Shown here: positions 19,502 to 29,500 of the stretch, piece after piece
Layout: each line of letters opens with the position of its first letter
Position numbering within the stretch: position 1 is the stretch's first letter
DNA from: Sedimentisphaerales bacterium
GTDB lineage: Bacteria > Planctomycetota > Phycisphaerae > Sedimentisphaerales > Anaerobacaceae
Assembly: GCA_016927855.1 (NCBI GenBank)
Contig: JAFGLV010000163.1
Span: forward strand, 1-56,901
Reading direction: 5' to 3'
Length of the DNA: 56,901 nucleotides
Position numbers and translations under genes: made by a program
Notes under the pieces: model-generated
The model's input: the letters and a program-made list of their open reading frames with translations, nothing else
What the model was told of the DNA's origin: nothing
The model's database searches: none

Positions 19502-21184
19502 CGAATGGACGCAACCGGTGGGGTTGCTCTGGGCACACGCCGGAGGTCTGATACGGATATGGGTGTCTGGTTCACAGACTCTGAGTACAGGCATTCGGGG
19601 CCCCTCACGAGAGTGTTTCTCGGCGCCTGTGGCGTCGCGGCTGTGGCCGGCCTGTATCTCCTCAGCCGCCAAGCCTTCTTGCTGTTCCACACGCTGGCCG
19701 AGCTGTTCAGCGTCAGCGTGGCCTTTGCCATCTTCATGATCGTCTGGAACAGCCGGCACTTCATGCAGAACAGCTACATGCTGTTCATCGGCATTGCCTA
19801 CTTCTTCGTCGGTGGTTTCGATCTGCTTCACACGTTGGCTTATGAGGGGATGGGCGTCTTTCCCGAGCATGGGGCCAATCTCGCGACGCAGCTCTGGATC
19901 GGGGCGCGCTACATGGAGGGCCTCTCGTTTCTCCTGGCGTCGCTGCTTATCCGGCGCCGGTTGAGGGCCGATCTGGTCGTCCTGGTCTATGCATTCGTGT
20001 CGGGGTTGCTGCTACTGGCGATCTTCCAGTGGAAGGTGTTCCCGGTCTGCTTCGGCGAAACGGGTCTGACCGCCTTCAAGAGCATCAGCGAGTACGTCAT
20101 CATGGCCGTTCTCCTGGCCTCTCTGGTCGTCCTGCGGAGAAGAGCCGGTGCTTTCGACTCTCGCGTGATACGCTGGGTGAGCCTGTCTATCGTTCTGACG
20201 ATCGTCTCGGAGTTCATGTTCACGCTCTACCGCGACCCCGAGGGTCAGCTAAACACCATCGGCCACCTGCTGAAGCTGGCCTCGTTCTTCGTCGTGTACA
20301 AGGCGTTGATCGAGACTGGGCTGCGGGAACCGTACCACCTGATGTACCGAGACCTCAAACAGCACGAGACAGACCTGGAGAAAGCGCGGGACCAGTTGGA
20401 GGCGCGCGTGCGGCAGCGCACGGGCGAGCTTTCGCAGACGGTCCAGGCCCTGCGCGAGGAGGTGCAGGCCCGGATGCGTGCCGAGCAGCGGATTCTCGCC
20501 GACAAGCAGCAGCTTCGCGTCCTGACGGGCCAGTTGCTCGGCACTGAGGACAAGGAGCGGCGCGCGATCGCCACGGAGCTGCACGACTCGGTGGGCCAGA
20601 TCCTCGCCTTCGTCAAGATGGAGCTGGGCGAGGTCCTGCGGTCGCAACTGCCGGAGAATGTGCTGAGGGCTGTCCGTCGCATTCGCGAGCAGATCGACGA
20701 GGCCATTACGCGGACGCGCAGCCTTACTTTCGAGATCAGCCCGCCCGAACTCTACACGCTCGGACTGGAATCCGCCATCGAAGAGCTGGCCCAGCGCTTC
20801 GGTCGTGAAAGGCGGCTCGAATGCCGCGTCCACGACTCGGAAGAGGACAAACCGCTGAATGAAGAGGTCAAGACGCTCCTCTACCGGTCGGTTCGTGAGC
20901 TTCTCATCAATGCCGCCAAGCATGCCCAGGCCAAGGTCATCGACATCACGCTGTCCAGGGTGGACGGCTGCCTCCAGGTCGTGGTGGAAGATGACGGGGT
21001 GGGATTCGACCCGGATCGGCTCGCCGCAGGGGCAGGCCGCAAGGCCGCCGGTTTCGGGCTTTTTAGTATCCGAGAACGCTTGACACATTTGGGGGGCAAG
21101 GTCTATATTGAGTCCAACAACGGAAGAGGAACTCGGGTCACTCTGTTGGCGCCTTTGTGCCGGACGGATGAGACTCTACAATAG
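19502..21184 (+). CDS. Sensor histidine kinase: polytopic membrane sensor domain plus HisKA_3 dimerisation/phosphoacceptor and HATPase_c domains (NarX/LiaS/DesK type); start uncertain (alternatives 19259, 19559)
   Basis: About 6 TM helices (…LFHTLAELFSVSVAFAIFMIVWN…). HisKA_3 H-box …RRAIATELHDSVGQILAFVKMELG…. HATPase N/G boxes (…LLINAAKHAQA…VEDDGVGFD…GFGLFSIRERL…). Confidence 0.8.
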   Translation, partial: RMDATGGVALGTRRRSDTDMGVWFTDSEYRHSGPLTRVFLGACGVAAVAGLYLLSRQAFLLFHTLAELFSVSVAFAIFMIVWNSRHFMQNSYMLFIGIAYFFVGGFDLLHTLAYEGMGVFPEHGANLATQLWIGARYMEGLSFLLASLLIRRRLRADLVVLVYAFVSGLLLLAIFQWKVFPVCFGETGLTAFKSISEYVIMAVLLASLVVLRRRAGAFDSRVIRWVSLSIVLTIVSEFMFTLYRDPEGQLNTIGHLLKLASFFVVYKALIETGLREPYHLMYRDLKQHETDLEKARDQLEARVRQRTGELSQTVQALREEVQARMRAEQRILADKQQLRVLTGQLLGTEDKERRAIATELHDSVGQILAFVKMELGEVLRSQLPENVLRAVRRIREQIDEAITRTRSLTFEISPPELYTLGLESAIEELAQRFGRERRLECRVHDSEEDKPLNEEVKTLLYRSVRELLINAAKHAQAKVIDITLSRVDGCLQVVVEDDGVGFDPDRLAAGAGRKAAGFGLFSIRERLTHLGGKVYIESNNGRGTRVTLLAPLCRTDETLQ

Positions 21185-21196
21185 GAGCAGTGAAGG

Positions 21197-21850
21197 ATGA
21201 GCACTCGCGTTATCATCGCAGACGATCACACGATCGTACGTCACGGGTTGATAAACCTGCTCCAGCGGGAAGAGGACTTCGACGTGGTCGGCGAAGCGCA
21301 GAACGGCCAGGCTACCGTTCAGCTTGCCCGGGACCTGCTGCCGGATATTGTCGTGATGGATGTCGGCATGCCGGACCTTAACGGCATCGACGCGACGCAG
21401 CAAATCATCCGGGACAACCCAAAAGTCAAGGTGCTGGCCCTCTCCATGCATTCCGGCAAGAAGTTCGTCATGGCTATGCTTAAAGCGGGCGCCTCCGGCT
21501 ATCTGCTGAAAGACTGCGCGCTCGAGGAGCTGACCAATGCGCTGCGGACCATCGTGGACGGCAAGACCTACCTGAGTCCGTCCATCACCGATGTGGTCAT
21601 CCAGAACTACGTCCATCCGTCCCCCGGGGAGGACCAGTCGGCGTTTTCCATTCTCTCGCAGCGCGAGCGCGAGGTGCTTCAGCTCATGAGCGAAGGCAAC
21701 ACCACCAAGCAGATTGCCATGCAGCTCCACATCAGTCCCAAGACCGTGGAAGGGCATCGGCTGCGACTGATGACCAAGCTCGATATCGACAACGTGGCGC
21801 AATTGACCAAGTACGCGATTCAGGAGGGGCTCACCTCCGTCGAGCCGTGA
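21197..21850 (+). CDS. Response regulator, NarL/FixJ/LiaR family (REC domain + LuxR-type HTH)
   Basis: REC: RVIIADDHTIVRHGL…DIVVMDVGMPDLNGIDA…KVLALSMH…. LuxR HTH: …LSQREREVLQLMSEGNTTKQIAMQLHISPKTVEGHRLRLMTKLDI. Starts 13 nt after the kinase stop. Confidence 0.9.
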   Translation: MSTRVIIADDHTIVRHGLINLLQREEDFDVVGEAQNGQATVQLARDLLPDIVVMDVGMPDLNGIDATQQIIRDNPKVKVLALSMHSGKKFVMAMLKAGASGYLLKDCALEELTNALRTIVDGKTYLSPSITDVVIQNYVHPSPGEDQSAFSILSQREREVLQLMSEGNTTKQIAMQLHISPKTVEGHRLRLMTKLDIDNVAQLTKYAIQEGLTSVEP

Positions 21851-22023
21851 ATTCGCGCCGGCGCGGTCGTTCGCGGTCCGTGCTTTGCCCTGCGGTTTCT
21901 TCTCTTCCTTTTTGTCTTCTCACGACGTTTTTCTTTCGATTTTTCTCCCGTTTCGAGCGTCCGTCCCCGTAGAGATGCAGGTCACCCGCCGGCCAGGGCG
22001 CATGATTAGTTGTACCTACCGGC

Positions 22024-22052
22024 TTGACAACCGCACGAAGTGGCGGTAGTTG
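22024..22052 (+). promoter_or_regulatory. Candidate sigma70-type promoter TTGACA-17nt-TAGTTG upstream of pspA-1, overlapping a partial inverted repeat CAACCGC…GCGGTAGTTG (possible NarL-type regulator site)
   Basis: Read directly from the sequence. The -10 match is weak; no computational support. Confidence 0.25.
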
Positions 22053-22171
22053 TGCCAGTGTCTCACCCCGGATGTGTTCCGTGCCTCCTGTGGAGGGAGG
22101 GTCGTGGCGGAGCACGAAGGACGATCAGAGGGGTCCACCCAGCCCCTCGTCGTCGGTCATTCCGGAAGTAG

Positions 22172-22212
22172 CACGGGCATCTTGCCCGTGATTCATGGGC
22201 GAGACGCCCATG
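22172..22212 (+). promoter_or_regulatory. Two back-to-back perfect hairpins in the pspA-1 leader (CACGGGCA-TCT-TGCCCGTG and CATGGGCG-AGA-CGCCCATG)
   Basis: Read directly; both are 8-bp stems with 3-nt loops, 34 nt upstream of the pspA-1 ATG. A 60-nt pyrimidine-rich tract lies at 21896-21955. Confidence 0.35.
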
Positions 22213-22245
22213 CTACGAGCCGGAAGCCTGGAAAGGAGTACCACC

Positions 22246-22929
22246 ATGGGACTTTTCAAACGTCTGCACCGTATCACCGTCGGCAGGATCGAGGCCTTCC
22301 TCAGCCGGGTCGAGGACCCGGAAATGGTCTTCCCTGTCCTGATTAAGGAGATGGAAGAGCAGTTGCAGGCCGCCACCGAAGCCGAAGCCAAGGCCCGCGC
22401 GACGCTGGCAAGCTGCAAGCGGGAAATCGGCCGGCATCAGGACACGATCGAGCGGTACGGCCGCGGCGCGCTGCTGGCGCTCGAGAAAGGCGACGAGGAG
22501 ACCGCTCGCCAGTCGGTCAAGGCCCAGATCGAAGCCGAGAAGGCCTCCGAACTGTCGCGACGTAACCTGGAGATCGCCGAGCACTCGCTCGACCGCGCCA
22601 AGGCCAGCCGCGAGCAGATCCAGCGGCAGCTTGACGAGCTGCGCGTCAAAAAGAGCGAGATCCTCACCCGCGCCCGCGTCGCCAAGGTCCAGAAGAAGAT
22701 CCAGGCCAGTGTCAGCGGCACCGTGGGATCGAGTGACAGCATTCTCGACGCCGTCGCTCGCCTGGAGGCACAGGTCGAGGAAACCGAAGCCGAGCTGGAG
22801 ATCCAGGCGAACCTTACGGGTGAGGGAACCGCCAGCGCCTCCCTCGAACGCAAGCTTGACGCGTTGGACGAGGAGGCCGTCGTCGAAGAACGCCTGGCGG
22901 AGCTGAAGCGACAGGTAGGCGGTTTGTAG
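22246..22929 (+). CDS. pspA: PspA/IM30 (Vipp1, ESCRT-III-like) family protein, paralog 1
   Basis: MGLFKRLHRITVGRIEAFLSRVEDPEMVFPVLIKEMEEQLQAATEAEAKARAT… is the canonical PspA N-terminus, and the body is long coiled-coil. SD GGAAAGGAG lies upstream of the ATG at 22246. Confidence 0.85.
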   Translation: MGLFKRLHRITVGRIEAFLSRVEDPEMVFPVLIKEMEEQLQAATEAEAKARATLASCKREIGRHQDTIERYGRGALLALEKGDEETARQSVKAQIEAEKASELSRRNLEIAEHSLDRAKASREQIQRQLDELRVKKSEILTRARVAKVQKKIQASVSGTVGSSDSILDAVARLEAQVEETEAELEIQANLTGEGTASASLERKLDALDEEAVVEERLAELKRQVGGL

Positions 22930-23031
22930 TGTCCCCCGTTTGTAGGGTGCCCGTAAGGGCATTTGTAGGGGCGGGCCCCCGTGCCCGCCCAGGGCAACCA
23001 CAGGGGGTTGCCCCTACGACGCCACTACAAG
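22923..23031. repeat. Intergenic GC-rich composite palindromic element between pspA-1 and pspA-2
   Basis: Nested inverted repeats TTGTAGTG…CACTACAA and TTGTAGGGGC…GCCCCTACGA. Internal hairpins TGCCC-GTAA-GGGCA (GNRA-type loop), GGGCGGGC-CCCCGTG-CCCGCCC and GGGCAAC-CACAGGGG-GTTGCCC. Confidence 0.55.
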
Positions 23032-23078
23032 CGAACGCCCCACGGCGTCACGACGAACCAGGTCTAAGGAGAACAACC

Positions 23079-23750
23079 ATGTCGATATTCGATAGAATCC
23101 GAAGAATCGCCGGCGCCAATATCAACTGGTTACTGGATAAGGTCGAGGTCCCCGAACAGGAACTGGAATCGAAGATCAAGGAGTTGGGCGAGACCATCCA
23201 GGAAGGGCGCGAGAGTGCCGCCGCGTACGGTGCGACGTTCCGGCGGTTGGAGCACGAGTACGAAGCGCTCGGACAACGACAGCAGGAACTGACGCAGCGC
23301 GCCGAGCAGGCGCTCAAGGCCGGTGACGAAGCCACGGCGCGACAGGCGCTGACCGAGAAGGTCGGTATCGCCGAGCGGGCCGCCCAGATCCAGCCCGGCA
23401 TCGAGAAGGGGCGCAAGACCTTCGAGATGCTGCGTGACAACCTGATGCGGCTCCAGGAGCAGCTCAAGAGCGCCAAGCTGAGACTGGCGGACCTGAAGGC
23501 GCGCAAGCGGACCGCCGAGGCGCAGAAGGCGTTCGATCAGCACCTGAGCAAGACGATGGGTCTCAGCGGCGAGAACGTCGCGTTCGACCGTCTGGAGGAC
23601 GATGTCCTGCAAACCGAAGCCGAGGTGGAGATTCGCCAGGAAATGCACGGCGACGCTCTCAGTGACGTCGAGCTGGCGCAACGCTCGCGCGAGCTTCAGA
23701 TCGAAGCGGAGCTCCAGGCGATGAAAGATCAGCTTGCCGATAAGTCGTAA
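23079..23750 (+). CDS. PspA/IM30 family protein, paralog 2
   Basis: MSIFDRIRRIAGANINWLLDKVEVPEQELESKIKELGETIQEGRESAA… with a coiled-coil body. SD AAGGAG precedes the ATG. Confidence 0.85.
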   Translation: MSIFDRIRRIAGANINWLLDKVEVPEQELESKIKELGETIQEGRESAAAYGATFRRLEHEYEALGQRQQELTQRAEQALKAGDEATARQALTEKVGIAERAAQIQPGIEKGRKTFEMLRDNLMRLQEQLKSAKLRLADLKARKRTAEAQKAFDQHLSKTMGLSGENVAFDRLEDDVLQTEAEVEIRQEMHGDALSDVELAQRSRELQIEAELQAMKDQLADKS

Positions 23751-23773
23751 AGGGCCTTGGAAAGGGCACGAAG

Positions 23774-24439
23774 ATGGCAGAGTTCATTACCGCCGCTTTC
23801 TCGCCGGTCAACGTCCTCTTCACGGCGTTGCTGCTCCTGATTGGGCTCTACTGGATCACAGTGATTCTGGGTGTGCTCGACGTCAACCTCTTCGACATCG
23901 ATCTACCCGATTCAGGCCTGGAAGGCGACCTCGACGCGGACGCAGGTGCAGACGTCGACGCGGAAGGCCTGGGCATCTTCCGCTCGATCCTGCACTTCTT
24001 CTACATCGGCGAAGTCCCCACGATGCTGCTGATCAGCGTTCTGGTCTTGAGTCTCTGGGCCTTTTCGATGCTGGGCAACTACTACTTCAACCCCAGCGGC
24101 TCGCTCCTGGTCGCGCTGCCGATCTTCCTGGTCAACTTGGTCGTCAGCGCGTTCGTGATGAAGGTGTGTGGGCTGCCGCTACAAAGGCTATATGCGATGC
24201 TGAACAAGGACTACAACGCGCCCGGCGACGTCATCGGGCGGATCTGCAAGGTCACAACCCTCCACGTGACCCAAGACAGAATGGGACAGGCCGAGGTCCC
24301 CACGAAAGGGGCGCCGATCGTCCTGAACGTCCTGTCCCAGGACGACCATGAATTCGTTCGTGGCGAAGAAGCGGTGGTTGTTGCTAAGGACAGCGAAAGA
24401 GGAACGTATCTAATTGCACCTGTGGATTTGGAGAAATAG
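23774..24439 (+). CDS. NfeD/YqiJ-like membrane protein (N-terminal TM helices + acidic linker + C-terminal OB-fold-like beta domain), the usual partner of SPFH/flotillin proteins
   Basis: Three or four TM segments (…LFTALLLLIGLYWITVILGVL…; …VPTMLLISVLVLSLWAFSML…; …LLVALPIFLVNLVVSAFVM…) and an acidic DLDADAGADVDAEG linker. C-terminal …GRICKVTTLHVTQDRMGQAEVPTKGAPIVLNVLSQDDHEFVRGEEAVVVA… resembles the NfeD OB-fold. Sits immediately upstream of the flotillin (3-nt gap). Confidence 0.6.
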   Translation: MAEFITAAFSPVNVLFTALLLLIGLYWITVILGVLDVNLFDIDLPDSGLEGDLDADAGADVDAEGLGIFRSILHFFYIGEVPTMLLISVLVLSLWAFSMLGNYYFNPSGSLLVALPIFLVNLVVSAFVMKVCGLPLQRLYAMLNKDYNAPGDVIGRICKVTTLHVTQDRMGQAEVPTKGAPIVLNVLSQDDHEFVRGEEAVVVAKDSERGTYLIAPVDLEK

Positions 24440-24441
24440 TC

Positions 24442-26424
24442 ATGAGCGATGCCGTGGTCGCCACCGTTATCGTGTTCGTCGTTCTCATCGGCATGGGCTT
24501 TCTGGCCCTGCTGGTCAAGTGCTACCGCAAAGTCCTGCAGGGTCAGGCGCTGATCCGCAATGGGGTCGGCGGGACGCGCGTCAGCTTCTCCGGCATGTTC
24601 ATCATCCCGGTCTTGCACCGCGCCGAGTATATGGACGTCTCGGTCAAGCGCATCGAGATCGACCGGCGCGCGCTGCAGGGATTGATCTGCAAGGACAACC
24701 TGCGCGCCGATATCGTCGTCGCCTTCTTCGTGCGCGTCAACAACACCGTCGACGATGTGATCAAAGTCGCCCAGTCACTAGGCTGCGAGCGTGCGTCAGA
24801 CCGCCAAGCGCTCGTCGAGCTGTTCGACGCGAAGTTCTCCGAGGCGCTCAAGACGGTCGGCAAGCAGTTCGATTTCTCCGAGCTGTACACCAACCGGATG
24901 CGCTTCCGCGAGCAGATCCTCGAAGTGATCGGGACCGACCTGAGCGGCTACGTTCTCGAAGACGCGGCCATCGATTACCTCGAACAGACCGACAAGAAGC
25001 TGCTGAATCCCGACAACATCCTCGATGCCGAAGGTATCAAGAAGATCACTGTCCTGACCGCCGAGCAGTTCGAACTGGCGAATGCTCGTGAGCGCGAGAA
25101 GGACAAGACCATCACGCAGCAGAATGTTGAGGCCCAGGAGGCCATTCTCGAACTCAACCGGCAACTGGCGGAAGCGGAAGCCAAGCAGAAACGGGAGGTG
25201 GTCAGTGTGCAAGCCCGCGAGGAGGCGGAGACCAAGAAGGTCCAGCAAGAAGAGCGCGAGAAGGGTGAGAAAGCACGCATCACCGCCGAAGAAGAGATCG
25301 CGGTGGCGGAGGAGAACCGTCAGCGGCAGATCATCGTAGCCTGCCGCAACAAGGAGCGCACCGACGCCGTTGAGACCGAACGGGTCGAGCGCGACAGAGG
25401 ATTGGAGGCGACGGAGCGCGAGCGGGTCGTCACCATCGCGCAGGTCGAGAAGGACAAGACCGTCGAAGCGGAGAAGAAGGAGTTGCAGTCGGTCATCCGC
25501 GAGCGTGTGATCGTCGAGAAATCGGTCGCGACCGAAGAGGAGCGTATCAAGGACGTACGGGAATTCGCCGGCGCCGACCGTAGCAAGCGCGTGCAGATCA
25601 CCAAAGCCGAAGAGGAAGCCGAGCAGGCGCTGGTCAAGGACATCAAGCAGGCGGAAGCCGCCAAGAAGGCACAGGAATTCTACGCCGAGCAAGCGGTGAT
25701 TGAGGCTCAGGCCAACCAGGACGCCGCGGTCAAGAACGCGGAGGCCAAAAAGACCCTCGCGGCCGCGTCGGTCAAAGAGCAAGCCGTCGAAGGCACCGCG
25801 GAGGCGGAAGTCATGGAGATCAAGGCGGCTGCGGTCGAGAAGTACGGCACCGCGGAAGCCAAGGTCATGGAGCTCAAGTACCACGCCGATGCCGACGGTA
25901 TCCGCGACAAGGCCGACGCGATGAAGATCTTCGACGCCGTTGGCAAGGAGCACGAAGAATTCAAGCTCCAGCTCAACAAGGACAAGGACATCGAGCTGGC
26001 CGAGATCGACGTCAGACGGCAGATTGCCGCCGAGCAGGCCAAGATCGTTGGCGAGGCGCTCAAGTCCGCCAAGATCGACATCGTCGGTGGTGAGAACCGC
26101 TTCTTCGAGCGGCTCGTCAATTCCATCGCGACCGGCAAGAGCGTCGATCATCTGGTCAAGCACAGCGAGGTGCTCACCGACGTCAAGGACAACCTGCTCG
26201 GTCCCGATATGGACGCCACGCGGAACCAGATTCAGAAGTTCGTCTCGCAGTTCGGACTCAGCTCCGAAGACATCAAGAACCTGACGATCTCGGCGCTGGT
26301 CCTGAAACTGATGGGCCAGGCGGACAAAGGCCAGAAGGGAATCCTCAGCGGAATCCTCAATACGGTCAAGGAGCTGGGAATCGCCGAGATGCCCGTCAAG
26401 AAGCTGGGGCTCGAAGCGAAGTAA
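24442..26424 (+). CDS. Flotillin-like SPFH/band-7 protein (YqiK/FloT-like) with a long EA-rich coiled-coil tail
   Basis: N-terminal TM anchor plus SPFH domain (…KCYRKVLQGQALIRNGVGGTRVSFSGMFIIPVLHRAEYMDVSVKRIEIDRRALQGLICKDNLRADIVVAFFVRVN…), then ~350 aa of heptad-rich E/A/K repeats typical of flotillins. Confidence 0.85.
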   Translation: MSDAVVATVIVFVVLIGMGFLALLVKCYRKVLQGQALIRNGVGGTRVSFSGMFIIPVLHRAEYMDVSVKRIEIDRRALQGLICKDNLRADIVVAFFVRVNNTVDDVIKVAQSLGCERASDRQALVELFDAKFSEALKTVGKQFDFSELYTNRMRFREQILEVIGTDLSGYVLEDAAIDYLEQTDKKLLNPDNILDAEGIKKITVLTAEQFELANAREREKDKTITQQNVEAQEAILELNRQLAEAEAKQKREVVSVQAREEAETKKVQQEEREKGEKARITAEEEIAVAEENRQRQIIVACRNKERTDAVETERVERDRGLEATERERVVTIAQVEKDKTVEAEKKELQSVIRERVIVEKSVATEEERIKDVREFAGADRSKRVQITKAEEEAEQALVKDIKQAEAAKKAQEFYAEQAVIEAQANQDAAVKNAEAKKTLAAASVKEQAVEGTAEAEVMEIKAAAVEKYGTAEAKVMELKYHADADGIRDKADAMKIFDAVGKEHEEFKLQLNKDKDIELAEIDVRRQIAAEQAKIVGEALKSAKIDIVGGENRFFERLVNSIATGKSVDHLVKHSEVLTDVKDNLLGPDMDATRNQIQKFVSQFGLSSEDIKNLTISALVLKLMGQADKGQKGILSGILNTVKELGIAEMPVKKLGLEAK

Positions 26425-26427
26425 GAC

Positions 26428-26454
26428 GTGTCGCGGGCAAGATGCCCGCGACAC
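26428..26454 (+). terminator. Perfect 12-bp-stem hairpin (GTGTCGCGGGCA-AGA-TGCCCGCGACAC) 4 nt after the flotillin stop; no U-tract, so it may be an attenuator or processing site rather than a full terminator
   Basis: Read directly from the sequence. Confidence 0.35.
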
Positions 26455-26516
26455 GAGAGCGCCCAACGTAACCTCAACCGATGAACGGTTTATAAGTTGA
26501 TAGGACTGACAAAGGC

Positions 26517-29500
26517 GTGACGATGGAGGAAAACGCAGTCCAGAACGGGACCGACTCAACGAACGCTGCGCCGGAGCAGACGGAGCTGCGCGGCGGGACG
26601 TACGAGATCCTCCGTTCCAGGCTCACCAACCACGGCAAGGAGCTTCGCAGCCGGCTGGGCAAGCTCAACGAAGCGCGCAAGCAGGTCTTCGGCGCCGTCG
26701 AGAGCAAGCTGCTCTCCAGCGAGCGGATTTCGACGGACAACAACTGCGTCCCTCGGGACATGGTCCCGATCGGCGACAAGTTCATCTTCGGGTACAACGT
26801 GTTTGTAGGCCTCCGCGCCGAGACGGTATTGGAGGACGTCTTCGCGATCTACCAGTGGAAGGACGGCACGTTCACCTCGCGTCCGCTCGATCTGATTCGC
26901 AACGCCGAGTTCGAGGCGGACTTCAAGAATCTCTATCGCTACTACCGCAAGACGGTGTTCGCGAAGTTCTCGGTGATCGGGCCGCACCTGTTCATGGTCT
27001 TTCGTGTCGGCCGCGATGTCGCGGACATCAAGACGTTCAAATGGCTCATCCGCGGCGGCGCGCTGGAGTACCAGGGCAACCGCAGCGACCATGAGTTCAT
27101 CTTCCCGCCGCAGCACGAGTTTGAGTGGCAGCGGGTCACGCAGGACATGTTCCGGCAGGGCAAGAACCCTCATATTTCCATCCAAGACCGCGTCTTCGTC
27201 GAGACCATCGGCGGCGATCTGACGATCAAGATAGAGGACAACACCGAGACCGGCGAAGGCATCTACGCCGAGCCGGTGGACAACCCCGACCAGATGCTCA
27301 GCGACGCCGAGATACGGTATGCGATTGTCGGTAGTCTGATCGTCTTGAAAATCCGGCCGTACGAAGAACAGCAATTCAGGTATTTCGTCTACAACGAGAA
27401 GATTCAGAAGGCCATCCGGCTCGACGCGATCGAGCAGGCCTGCATCCTGTTGCCCGAAGACCACGGTTTCGTCTTCCCCAAGGGCTACTACCTCAAGACG
27501 GGCGAGCTCAAGCAGTTCGAGACCCAGATGGATGACATGGTCTTCGAGAAGCGGCTCGATTCGCCCAATGGCGAAGACTGTCTTTACGTCTTTCACAACC
27601 GCGACAGCGGCGTTTACGTCCTGCTCTCGTACAACATCATCGAGCAGAAGATCAGCACGCCGGTCGTCTGCAACGGCTATTCTTTCTTCGAAGACGGCAC
27701 GCTGATCTACTTCCGCGCCAACGACGAGCCGAAGAAGCACCACGCGATCCAGGTCTGGCAGACGCCGTACTACGGCCCCGACTTCGTGATCCCGGTCAAG
27801 ACCGACTCGCAGCTCTACAAGATCGGCAACAAGGACATCGTGCGCTGCATGGCCGAGTGTACCGAGATCATCACGCTACTCGGCCAGGAGGAGACCTACG
27901 TCAACCTCTACCTCGACCTTGCCCGCAAGGCGGAGGAGGTTCAGGATGCCTACTTCTGGATCGACTCGGCGGAGCTATTCAACCTGGCCGAGCCGCTGGG
28001 CGCCATCCGTGACGCGGCCCGTGCGGCCGTGGACGAGTACGAGAAGGTCGTCCGCACGAAGGAGAACACGCGCGCCCAGATTGCCGAAGTCACGCAGCAG
28101 GTGCGCGAGATCGTCACGGCTATCGACTACAGCGGTTTGAACGAGATACACGAGTACGTCGAGCACCTGGCGCAGCTTCGTTCCATTCGGGGTCAGGTCA
28201 TATCGCTACGCGACCTGCGCTACGCCGATACGGAGATGATCGCATCGCTCGAAACAGAAGTGGCCGAGCATACCGACAAGCTCTCTCGCCAGTGCGTGGA
28301 GTTCCTGCTCAAGCCCGAGTCGCTCGATCCGTATCGCGCGAAGGCCGAGGGCTTTGGGCGACAGGTGCCTGAACTGGGGAAGGTGGCCGACGCCAGGCAG
28401 TTGCAGGAGCAGGTGGCTGAGACTGCCTCCAGCCTGGAAATGCTCACCGAGATCGTGAGCAATCTCAAGATCGAGGATGCGACGCAGACCATCGCGATCA
28501 TCGACAATATCTCCCTGGTCTATGCCGAAGTGAACCAGGTCAAGTCGGCGCTGAAGAACAAGCTCAACGAGATCGGCAAGATCGAAGGGCAGGCGGAGTT
28601 CAGCTCGCAGCTCAAGCTTATCGACCAGTCGGTCGTCAACTACCTCGACGTGTGCGACACGCCGGACAAGTGCGACGAATACCTCACCAAGGCGATGGTC
28701 CAGATCGAAAACCTCGAGAGCCGCTTTGCTGACTTCGAGGAGTTCGTCGTCCAGCTTGCCGACAAGCGCGAGGAATTGTACGACGCGTTCAACTCGCGTA
28801 AGGTCCAGCTCGTCGCCGCGCGCAACCAGCGCGCGTCCGCGCTGATGGCGTCCGCCGAGCGGATTCTCAAGGGCATCGAGAACCGCGTTCGCAACCTCAC
28901 CGACATCAATGAGATCAATGGCTACTTCGCGTCCGACCTGATGATCGACCGGATTCGTCAGACGATCGAGCAGCTCAAGCAGTTGGGCGACACCGTTAAG
29001 GCTCAAGATGCCGAGAGCCGGCTCAAGACCATCCACCAGGACGCGGTCCGCCAGCTCAAGGACAGGCAAGCGCTCTACGAGGAAGGCGAGAATGTCATCC
29101 GCCTGGGCAACCAGAAGTTTGCGGTCAACCGTCAGGCGCTGGAAGGCACGATCGTTCGCAAGGAAGGCAGGCTATTCTTCCACCTGACCGGCACCGGCTT
29201 TTTCGAGGCTATCGAAGACGAGTTGTTGGAGCAGACCAAGGACGTCTGGGACCTCGACGTGCTGTCGGAATCGCCTGGCGTCTACCGCGCCGAGTATCTG
29301 GCTTTCAAGATGCTCGAAAACCTACGCGCCGGTTCGCTGGTAGGGGCGACCCCCCGTGGCCGCCCTGGGCAGGCACAGAGACCTGACCCTACGCTTTCGG
29401 ACGTGCAGGCCTTCATGAGCCCGCGCTACAACGAGGGCTACGTCAAAGGCGTTCACGATCGCGACGCGGCCGCGATTCTCGAAGCCTTGTTGCAGCTTGA

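Noticed and set aside
24796-26559. 587-aa - strand ORF antisense to the flotillin gene, and 395-aa ORF 26556..27743(-) antisense to the giant ATPase
   Set aside because: Leu/Arg/Gly-rich repetitive translation with no recognisable motifs. It mirrors the EA-repeat coiled coil on the coding strand, so it is an artefact of high GC and repeat composition.
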